A stretch of DNA of 59,105 nucleotides, filler included. It is 6 parts of 6 records of this genome, joined end to end, with 100 filler letters (N's around TTAATTAATTAA, not from the genome) between each part and the next. Parts side by side here need not be neighbours in the genome. Positions count along the whole stretch, not along the records: positions 39,660 to 53,149 come from SRR22947725_969; positions 53,250 to 59,105 come from SRR22947725_975; 4 more parts are not named here. One strand, given 5' to 3'. The notes beneath the pieces are model-generated. The model worked only from the letters and a program-made list of their open reading frames with translations. It searched no databases and had not been told where the DNA came from. Both the position numbers and the translations under genes were made by a program. Each line of letters starts with the position of its first letter. Positions within the stretch are counted from its first letter, which is position 1. This document shows, piece after piece, positions 50,033 through 59,105 of the stretch.

Positions 50033-51202
50033 TTAAAGTTCAAAAGCAAAGAAATATGCATAACTTACAATTATTGCCGGTAACCCAGAGTAAATCGTAG
50101 CAATTAAAGCAGCTTTAGGGTGCAAGGCTATAGCTGGAAACAGCGCATCACCATCATTAGAAATTGCATTACCTATTTGGGCAGACAAAGGTATTATCCC
50201 GTTTAAATATAATGTGGTTACCAATATTTGAGGGCCACATCCTGGCAAAAAACCAATTATAGTTCCAATGAGTGGTAACAAAATAAAATAGGATTGAAAG
50301 ATAGCTTCTAAATTTATATTTCCTAGATGTACTGTTAATTCATAAGCTAAAAATGCTAAAATTACCCAAGTTGTTATGAAATTAGAATCTGCAACAGTCC
50401 TTCTTATTATATTCTCATCTGATTTTGATGGGCTATATTTTAAACCACTAATAACAGGTATAATCCACATTATTAAGCATAAGGAACCCGCAAAAAAGCC
50501 AAAAAAAGTTATAGGATCTTGAATTAATTCATTAGTAAAATACTCTTCTAAATTTATTTGAAATGCCGATAAAACACCTAGAACAATCCCTGGAATTAAG
50601 AGTATTATCCAAAAAATATCCAGAGTTTTTGAGGCTTTATAGTTTGAAGGTTTACTATTTAATCTAATGATATCACAACCATTAATCTTCATAAAACTTT
50701 TACCATGAATTTTATTTACTAAAATACCAGATACAAAACCTACCAAAAATCCAGTTATCATAATTAAAAAACCAATTTTAGGATCTTTAGCAATTAGCAA
50801 AAATGCAGCATCACCCATGGTAGCCGTTAGAGTGGCAACTACTGAACCAAATGATATTTTACCTCTAGAATATTGTGTTAAAACAATAATAGCACCACCA
50901 CAACCAGGAAGAGATCCTAAGGCAGAACTTACAAAAACCTCTAATTTTGGTCTATTACTGAGTAATTTATTTAAATCTATATTGAAAAATTTTTCTAAAA
51001 AGAAAAAAATTAAAAGTGTTCCAGCAACAAAACTAGTGACGTTTATGTATGCATCAGCAACAGATGATTTTATAATTACCCAGGTTTCATTATCTATATT
51101 AAAAAAGAGGAAAGCTGCAAAAAGAAGAAAAATGTAACTCATCACTTGCTGGTATTTAAGCATAAAAGGGGTAAGTGCTAAATTGGAATTAATCTGGCTC
51201 AT
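50033..51202 (-). CDS. Putative manganese transporter (DUF2899)
   Basis: LPGCGGAI, TATMGDAAF, PGCGPQI, NAISNDGDALFP. Confidence 0.85.
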   Translation of the reverse strand: MSQINSNLALTPFMLKYQQVMSYIFLLFAAFLFFNIDNETWVIIKSSVADAYINVTSFVAGTLLIFFFLEKFFNIDLNKLLSNRPKLEVFVSSALGSLPGCGGAIIVLTQYSRGKISFGSVVATLTATMGDAAFLLIAKDPKIGFLIMITGFLVGFVSGILVNKIHGKSFMKINGCDIIRLNSKPSNYKASKTLDIFWIILLIPGIVLGVLSAFQINLEEYFTNELIQDPITFFGFFAGSLCLIMWIIPVISGLKYSPSKSDENIIRRTVADSNFITTWVILAFLAYELTVHLGNINLEAIFQSYFILLPLIGTIIGFLPGCGPQILVTTLYLNGIIPLSAQIGNAISNDGDALFPAIALHPKAALIATIYSGLPAIIVSYAYFFAFEL

Positions 51203-51266
51203 ATAAACTTCTGAAAATCGTTACAACATTTTATATTGCACATGCCATATATAGCGTCAACTAACT

Positions 51267-51294
51267 AATAAAGTTAGTCATGGCTAACTTTATT
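51267..51294. promoter_or_regulatory. DtxR/MntR-like operator palindrome
   Basis: AATAAAGTTAG-TCATGG-CTAACTTTATT, about 65 bp upstream of the Mn transporter start. Confidence 0.6.
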
Positions 51295-51420
51295 GCTTAT
51301 TATTTTTTATAAATAAGTTTTGATTATATTATTAATATTTGTGTCATATTGTTGTTTCTCTTTGTTTTTAATTATATTATTTATTCATAGGATTTAAAAA
51401 GCCATATTGAGGGGATCAAC

Positions 51421-52371
51421 ATGCAAATTGATAAAGACACACAAGCACTTATAGATGAACGTAAAAAAAATAACGCTCCTCCACTTGAAAGTTTTACTCC
51501 TCAAGAGCTTAGGGCATTAAGAGCAAAAATGGCAGAAACGCCTGCTGAACTTCAAGTAAATATATCAAATGTTGATGATTTTTATTTAAAAGGCTCTTTA
51601 GGTCCTATAAAAGTTAGAAAATATTCCAATAATTTGTCAAAAGAGCTCGACAAAAAAAATCCTCTCATAATTTATTTTCATGGCGGCGGATTTGTAATGG
51701 GAGACTTAGAAAGCCATGATCTAGTATGTAGACACCTTTGTAAAGAAACAGAGGCAACTATTATCGCAGTTGATTACAAACTTGCTCCGGAAAACAAGTT
51801 TCCAGCATCTATAACTGATACAAAAGATGCAATTGCGGAAATCATAAAAGATGCTGATAACTTGCAAATAGACAAAGAAAAAGTCATCCTCTGTGGAGAC
51901 AGTGCAGGTGGAGCACTTGCTGCTGTGGGAACTATAATGTCTAGAGACAAAATAGTGCCTAAAATCCATGGTCAAATATTAGTATATCCTTGGGTGGACT
52001 TAACCATGTGTAGAAAATCAATGGACATTGATATTGAAGGAATGATCTTAAATAAAGACACAATTAAGTATTTCGCAGATCATTATTTAAATTCTTATGA
52101 AGAGCAGGTTGATTGGAGAGCATCTCCAATTTTAACACCCGATTTATCAAATCTTCCACCTACTTATATTTTTGGAGCAGGTCTTGATCCTTTGATGGAT
52201 GAAGGTGATGCTTACAAAAGGAGATTATTATCTTTTGGTAATGAAGTTCACTACCGTTTATTCCCAGGACAAATGCATGCATTTTTAAGTAATTCAGTAC
52301 AGCTACCAACGGCATTAATATGTTTAAAAGAAATGGGTGAAGCCGCTAAAAATATTTTTTCTAAATTATGA
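51421..52371 (+). CDS. HSL-family esterase/lipase (alpha/beta hydrolase)
   Basis: HGGGF, GDSAGG, DPL.DEG, H.F. Confidence 0.92.
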   Translation: MQIDKDTQALIDERKKNNAPPLESFTPQELRALRAKMAETPAELQVNISNVDDFYLKGSLGPIKVRKYSNNLSKELDKKNPLIIYFHGGGFVMGDLESHDLVCRHLCKETEATIIAVDYKLAPENKFPASITDTKDAIAEIIKDADNLQIDKEKVILCGDSAGGALAAVGTIMSRDKIVPKIHGQILVYPWVDLTMCRKSMDIDIEGMILNKDTIKYFADHYLNSYEEQVDWRASPILTPDLSNLPPTYIFGAGLDPLMDEGDAYKRRLLSFGNEVHYRLFPGQMHAFLSNSVQLPTALICLKEMGEAAKNIFSKL

Positions 52372-53149
52372 TTTTGAATAAATATTGTCTGAATTTAAAT
52401 CATGAACATCTCTTCTTCCACATAAAGCCATAGTCATGTCTGCCTCATTTTTTATAATTTCAAGAGCTTTGGTCACACCTTCCTTGCCTAAGGCACCTAG
52501 ACCATACAAAAAGGCTCTTCCAATATAAGTCCCCTTTGCTCCTAAACACATAGCCTTAACTACATCTTGCCCTGATCTGATACCGCCATCTAAGTGTACT
52601 TCAACGAGCTTTCCAACTTTATCAACTATCTCCGGTAAGATATTTATTGTTGAAGATGCACCATCAAGCTGCCTACCACCGTGATTAGAAACTATAATCG
52701 CATCAGCTCCAGTTTTTGATGCTAAAAGAGCATCATCTGGGTCAAGTATTCCTTTAATTATTAATTTTCCACCCCATCTTTTTCTAATCCAATCAACTTC
52801 CTTCCAATCAAGTTGCTGATCAAATTGAGTGCTTATCCAAGAACCTAAAGACCGTACGTCTTTTATTCCATCAACATGACCAACAATATTCCCAAAAAAA
52901 TGATTTTTAGTTGTTAACATTCTCAAGCACCACATTGGCCTACTTAACACTTGATAAACGTGTTTAGGTATAAGTTTTGGAGGAGTTGATAGACCATTTC
53001 TAATATCTTTGTGTCTTTGTCCCAGAAGTTGCAAATCTAAAGTCAAAACAAGAGCACTGCATTTAGCTTCCTTAGCTCTATCTATAAGACGTTCCATAAA
53101 TTTTTTGTCTCTCATTACATATAATTGAAACCAAAATGGATTTTTTGTT
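52366..53149 (-). CDS. lldD: FMN-dependent alpha-hydroxy acid dehydrogenase (L-lactate dehydrogenase), 5' truncated
   Basis: PFWFQLYV at the contig edge, KGIL, VSNHGGRQLD, DGGIRSGQD. Confidence 0.85.
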
Positions 53150-53249
53150 NNNNNNNNNNNNNNNNNNNNNNNNNNNNNNNNNNNNNNNNNNNNTTAATTA
53201 ATTAANNNNNNNNNNNNNNNNNNNNNNNNNNNNNNNNNNNNNNNNNNNN
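53150..53249. other. Artificial contig linker
   Basis: N-run, TTAATTAATTAA, N-run. Confidence 0.98.
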
Positions 53250-55015
53250 TCTTCAGAGTCTCTTCCACAAGGCCCATGTAATGAGGAGCAGCGAAGACAT
53301 TGAGATGAGAATATGAGATGAGATGAGATGTTTAAAAACTCTTTGAAATCTCTGAGATTTTCGGCCAATTCCCCGGTTTTCCCATGTCCTGCCTGATCTA
53401 AAATGACTGAGATTACAGATTTGTTTGCACAAAGTATATCCAGGTCTCGAGGTGGCGCTGACACCTGCTGGTACTCCGTGGGTGCCGAAATGCGGCGGAG
53501 GTAAACTGATGTGTGAATTGCACAGCTGCTTGAAACGAATTTCCAAAAAGTTACTGAACCATACACTGGATGGCTCATGATTGTGTTGCAACACCACAAT
53601 GTCGGTACACTGCACAGGTCAAGCGCAACCGGATCCGTTACCGCGCCGAAATCACCAAAAACTGCGTCGAAGAGGGTGTCGCTAAAAAGCACACGGGCCC
53701 GGGTCCCGCCCATCTCGTCCAAGGTGCATGCAGAAATCCCAACGGTAGTCATAGATTGTTAGCTCGGCATTTGTAACTGAAATCTTCTGGTAACTTGAAC
53801 TGACCGTTGGGTTTGCATGACAACAGGATCCATGCTCGGCAGTGATAATTCAATGTCGACTTCTTTCTCACTGTCTCGTACAAAACGATCTCTCTCAGGT
53901 TACAGGAAATGCTCGGAGCACAGAGAAGTCCTCGCTGGAGGCAGACGATGCCGTCACTGAGCGCGCTACGGGCTTTAAAAGCAGTCGTGAAGCCCCCAAA
54001 AGTGGCAGGCTGTCGTTGGCAGAAAGGTGATGGACCTGGAAGAACGCGTTTGATGAATGCAATGACGCCCTGCAAGGACTATGTCTTATTTGAACACATG
54101 CTGACGTCGTTCTGTACTTGACATTGGCCGTCAAGTCCGTGCAAATATTTGGGATCTTTACCCACACCAAGTTGATCGTGTGTGCAGAAGCGAACCGAAG
54201 CATTTCGATCCTCAAGCAGAGGAAAAGAAAAAAAGGTGAGAGACGGCGTCCAGTGCCCCGTTCTGGCCGCAACGACCAAACTTGGCCCGTTTCGCCTTAA
54301 TCGCAGGGACTTGCTTGGCTTGGAGATATGCCAGACTATTGAGATCCATCAGGCGAGGTGTGTACCTTCGTTATGACCACTAATCTCACCAAGACCATGC
54401 CGCCGCGACATTGATGACCGGCCACAAAAATCACAGCAAAAAGAGAAAATGGCAAACTCTTTTACTGAGGAAAGTGACCCCTGGCTGGTTCAAGATCGTT
54501 GAGGTTTGTCGGATGTGGTCTCAGTGTTAGTTTGGGAGCAATCTTCTACTTGAATGACAAACATATACTCTACACATGGTCATAGAATCAATGGCGCAGT
54601 GATCACGGACATGATATTGATGAAGTTCGTTTCCTGCAGCAATGTTGTGAACATTTTTTGTACCCGAACAGGAAATGTTGTCGCGAGATGTCAAAATACG
54701 TCAAGGCACGTCGTTTTCCAAGCCGCCGAAGGAGGAAGAGGTAAGATATTGCCACCTGCGGTCCAACAAACACCTGCTTCATCCATTACACTGTAAGAAG
54801 TACGTTGAACCGACCATTCCACCCCGGTCTGAACAGATGTCGATTGATAACCTGTACCAGCTTACGTTGCTCTGCCCCGAGCTCCCTCGGCTGTTCATGG
54901 ATATCCTCAGGCACTTCTACACTCACCCGAACTCGTCCCTTGGTCTTCCTGTGTTTATATTGGTCCATCACTCACTCATAGCACCCGTGCCTGACCACAC
55001 TCAGCCCTGTCGTAG

Positions 55016-57950
55016 GAGATCGTCTGGCCACCATTAAAAGTCATCTGTTCGTGGTGATGGACGAGTTGAGATTGGGTGGTAATGACCGAAAGGAACTCCT
55101 GGAGTATATCGAGGCAAATCATCGGCCCCTGTTTGGCAACGTCAGCCGTCTTGGGATCAAACTATCACGGATGCAGGAACGAAAACAGTAATCATCACCA
55201 CCAACAATGTAGTCTCCATGAAGACTGCCGCCACCACTAACACCTCAACTGCCATTCCTGAAACCTCCAACCACCAGATACTTAGAGAAGATCACCAACG
55301 AGGTGGATGAGCTGCTGGATGAGCGTGACCGTTTCATGGGCTATTATGGCTACAAGAGTGACGACCTTTACTTTCAGTTTACTGGGACTACAAAATTACC
55401 CATTGAAGATTTTCGAGATTTCGGTGTGGGATACATCAAAGAATATGATACGAAACTCAAGAAGCTCCTGGAGGACTGGGAGGCGAAGAACTCAGATAAA
55501 TATATAATCGAAGGTGTGCGAGCACTGGACACAGACATCATCCACTGTTCGAGAAAACTGGCTGAAAATCCTGACAAGGCCCCGTACGAGTTTCCAATCT
55601 GGGACCGGGAGCGCAAGAAACGGAGGGCAGCACAGCTGGGGATCAAGATCAAGCGCCCTATTGGAGGGGGAGTGCGAAAGAATGTGAACACTCTTGTTGA
55701 AGGCAATGGACCCAAGGACTTTCTCCCGCCTGGAGTCGTAAAAATCAAACATAAGTCTTACCTCAACCTGGTCAACCCCGACGAAGCACCGGCAGATAGT
55801 GGCGAGGGCAACGGTAGTGTTCAAAAACGTGATGGTGATGGGGCGGAAACATCAAGATCAGCAGAAATGGTGAAGCATGCGGACCTTAATCCATGGGGAG
55901 ACATGGACACAGAGACCTCGGTGGATGCAGAACCGGATGACATCGACGAATCCAAGCTGGTACCGTTCAGGGTAGTGGTGCGAATCAGACCGCTTCACTC
56001 AAGAGAAATCGCCAAGGGCGACAAAGAAGTGATCAAACCCGCTATAGATGGCAAAACTGTGGAGTTTTCTGTCGCTACGGCTGCTTCTACGAGGAATATG
56101 ACTTTCAATCAGTGTGTGTCAGGCTATTCACAGGCAGATTTTTTCCCCATTTCGGGTGCACGGCCTTTGGTCGAAGATTGCCTGCGGGGGAGAAATGTCA
56201 CCATCCTGGCCTACGGGCAGACTGGTTCAGGCAAAACATTCACCATGTCCGGCCCTGAAGATAACCTTGGTGCCAACTCTACTGACGAATTGGTAGACCC
56301 AGAAAACAAGATCCCCCCGCAGGTGAAGGAAATCGTCTTGAAACTCACAGAGCAACAGGTGAGGGTATGGTATAATATCATACTGTGTAGCGTGGGGTAA
56401 GATGGTTTTGGATGGTCTTGATAGGGCAAAAGTTGTTGTTTCCTGTCCCCAAGCTCACCATTTCCCCATACGTTCTACCACAGGAGCTCAACCAGGGTCT
56501 GATTCCACGTGTGATTAAGTATTTATTCCGACGCATCCGGTTCATCGAAAAAACGAAAGAAGCAAAAGAAAAGCGAGTGCAGTTTCAAGTAAAGACTTCG
56601 TTCGTAGAGATTTATAATGAGAAGGTTAAGGATCTACTCGCGCCCAAGCCTGAAGCGTGCCAGGTACGGGAAGGCAACAATTCGTTCTTCGTCCATGAGG
56701 TCGCGACGGTACCTGTCAAGACGGAGATGGACCTCATGTACGCCAATATCACGCTTGCGTGCGCACCTCGCGGTACATAGGATTCTCACGAACGCCAGGG
56801 ACGCGGATGCTCTGAAATCTTCACACATTGGGCTATACATTTGAGGCCCGTTGCACTCTGCCACATGGGCCTCGTATATCATGTTAGCGAACGCGCACCG
56901 AGTGTCTTGAGCCAACCAGCTATCGCATTTGGCCTCCCGCAGGTACATGTTCGTTTCTGGCTCTTTCAACCGTAAGGTCTCATCTACGAACATGAACCAG
57001 GTGAATGAACTTCACCAATATGATCAAACGGATATGCTTTTCCTTGGGCTTGGCCATAGTTAATTGGCCAAACATGTTGCCAACCCCATGTCCACATATG
57101 CCAACAATACTGTACCCTACCCATGTCGTCTCCCAGGAAAGCAGTCGCAGCCACAGCATCTTGTACGTTTGGGTTGAACGGTCTCACGTGGATCCTGAAT
57201 TAGGCAAGGTGACGCGCATGTCCAAAATCATGCTGGTGGATCTGGCCGGCAGTGAGCGTCTAAAGCAACTTGGGGCGGTTGCTGCAAGAAACTCACTGGA
57301 GACGGCAGGGATCAACCAGTCTCTTTTTGCTCTTTCCAACGTGGTGAGCAAGTTCGCAGACCCAAGCAAGGATGAGCACATTCCATACCGAGATTCGAAT
57401 CTTACGAAACTATTGATGGATGCGCTGGGCTCTCAAGGCAGAGCTCTTCTGCTTGCATGTCTTTCTCCCTCAGAAAGATATGTGGAAGAAGGAATTAACA
57501 CTATCACGTTTGCGTCCAAAGCCGCCAATGTTAAGTCCGTGACTATGAAGGGACTAGATGAGCTCTCCACACCCAAACGCACGGAGAACAAGGCCCGTCA
57601 AACCACTACCATTATCAGCGCCACCTTGTCTTCATCTCTCACGTAACGTCGTGATGTGCACGCACGATTGAGGCAGTGAATGGTGTAGCTGATGCTCTTT
57701 CGCCGACACTGTGCAGGTGATGAACCGTAAGGCGGAATACGAGCGGTTAGTAAGTGAAGTCAACAAATGGAAGAATGACTGCATGAGACTCAAGAAGGTA
57801 AGTATAGCACAAACGCCGGCGTGCTCAGCCTCGCTCTCGTCCAATGACCACGGCCATCGCCATGGTCATCTCCACCGCTGTGAGCAGGTACTGGACCTCA
57901 ACGGTTTGAAGTATCCTGACGACCTCGAGATCCTATCCACGTACATATAA
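55016..57950 (+). CDS. Eukaryotic kinesin gene, spliced. Inferred exons: 55016-55187, 55278-56358, 56484-56737, 56943-57000, 57137-57592, 57717-57797, 57888-57950; further upstream exons likely from about 53400
   Basis: Splicing restores VVVRIRP, AYGQTGSGKT, GLIPR, SFVEIYNE, STNMNQ/ESSRSH, DLAGSE, HIPYRDS.LT in frame; five GT..AG introns plus one probable GC..AG intron. Confidence 0.88.
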
Positions 57951-59105
57951 ATCCGTCAGCAATACGCATCACCAGCGAGATGTGTTATGAATATTTTGTT
58001 GACAATTTACTGTATGATGCGAATCACGCATCGGCCCTTGAGATGACCCTACCCCGATGGTGGTGAAGCATGCTAGGCATCAATGAGCTCATATATTTCC
58101 TGCAGCGCGCCTTGCCAGTCCAACATTCCTTGAGCACGATGTAGCCTGGACGAAGAGGTGAAGTTCAGTGTGACAGTTGAGAAATAAGTGACAATCGTGG
58201 CGGAAGTGCTTGTATGCGGGTACGAGTGGAGACCTGTAACTTTTTCGAAGTCGGCCTTCGCTGTCGAACTGCTCTCGTGGCTCCAAGCACACAATACTGT
58301 CAGTATCACAACAATGACATGAGTAGGATCACTTGGAAACAAGTGGGACTGATTGCCTAGTACATAACATGATTGGTGTGTCCCGATCGCGATGACCATG
58401 ACGACGGCGATCGCTGTGGTCGATAACTGATATGACTGGTGGCGAAGGTGAAGATGCTGATGGGATAATCATTATACCTTTTCGAAGTGTATGGAGTAGT
58501 TTTGTAGTCGGCTAGCCACAAACTGTTGTGTGGAGGCCGTGTTTTCTCGTCGTCTTGTGTCTTATACCTGCCCATCGCAGCGTTTCTACCCCTCGATTAT
58601 GCACTACCATTGCCGCCATATGTGATTACTTGGCACAATCCCCACGAAAGCATCTGCACAAACCAAAAACGGAAACGGTCTGGTGATCTTCCCTGACTAG
58701 GTTTTCTCACCAGTAGAGAGCACTGAAAGTCAAGACGAACCAGCGCTGATCCTCCAACTGTAGTGTTGTGAAGGGTGAAACTGGAGCTGTGGCGGTCGTG
58801 GCAACAGTGATGATCATATTCCCGTGGTGTGGCATAGTTATTGTTCTGTGTGACTCAGTATGGTTCGTTGTCCAACGCATCTCGACAAATACTGCTGACA
58901 CGTGCCGCACTGTTGCATTGGGTGAGAGACCAAAGTTATGGTGGTAAAAGAGGGCCCACTTTCGGAAAGAAACGCTTCTTGCTGTCGGTCTTTGACAAGT
59001 ACCCTGTTGAAGCGTGTCGTTGGTGATGCTGATGCTGATGACCTTTGCGGCAGATAGGACTTTGAGAGTTTAGGTCGATGGTGGCAAGATGAAGCGATGG
59101 TGGCA

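Noticed and set aside
57951-59105. Short ORFs and GAT/GCT-rich mini-repeats after the kinesin gene
   Set aside because: No convincing coding signal or family motif; probably eukaryotic intergenic or intronic DNA

Overview
This window is not one locus. It is six unrelated contigs joined by artificial 100-bp linkers (N44-TTAATTAATTAA-N44 at 8788-8887, 21152-21251, 31218-31317, 39560-39659 and 53150-53249). (1) 1-8787 and (2) 8888-21151 are AT-rich Rhodobacterales-like housekeeping DNA: accC/accB, M48 peptidase, rne, PBP1A with a probable chimeric junction into an amino-acid ABC ATPase, ygfA, YmdB-like phosphoesterase, yebC, pntAB, prpE, mgtE, rlmB and the 5' part of tRNA-Tyr. (3) 21252-31217 is a higher-GC, probably gammaproteobacterial contig: TetR, Tat-exported flavoprotein, class II aldolase, a lipoprotein cytochrome c between decayed prophage relics, LysR, D-aminoacylase and an MFS transporter. 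(4) 31318-39559 is a capsid-less integrative element ending in the 5' part of a tRNA-Arg. It carries a serine resolvase, a tyrosine integrase, a cupin, small DNA-binding proteins, a hairpin cluster and, most notably, a divergent pair: a ParB-N/HTH + DruA(DUF4338)-like fusion and a phage-type GT-B glycosyltransferase. This pair is a candidate undescribed DNA-modification or anti-phage module. (5) 39660-53149 is very AT-rich alphaproteobacterial metabolic DNA: gpgS/gpgP, nitroreductase, SLT, crotonase, glycerate kinase, GST, haloalkane dehalogenase, GAF protein, Mn transporter with an operator, esterase and lldD. (6) 53250-59105 is eukaryotic (protist-like) DNA with an intron-rich kinesin gene. 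All family assignments come from motif recognition by eye; no searches were run.
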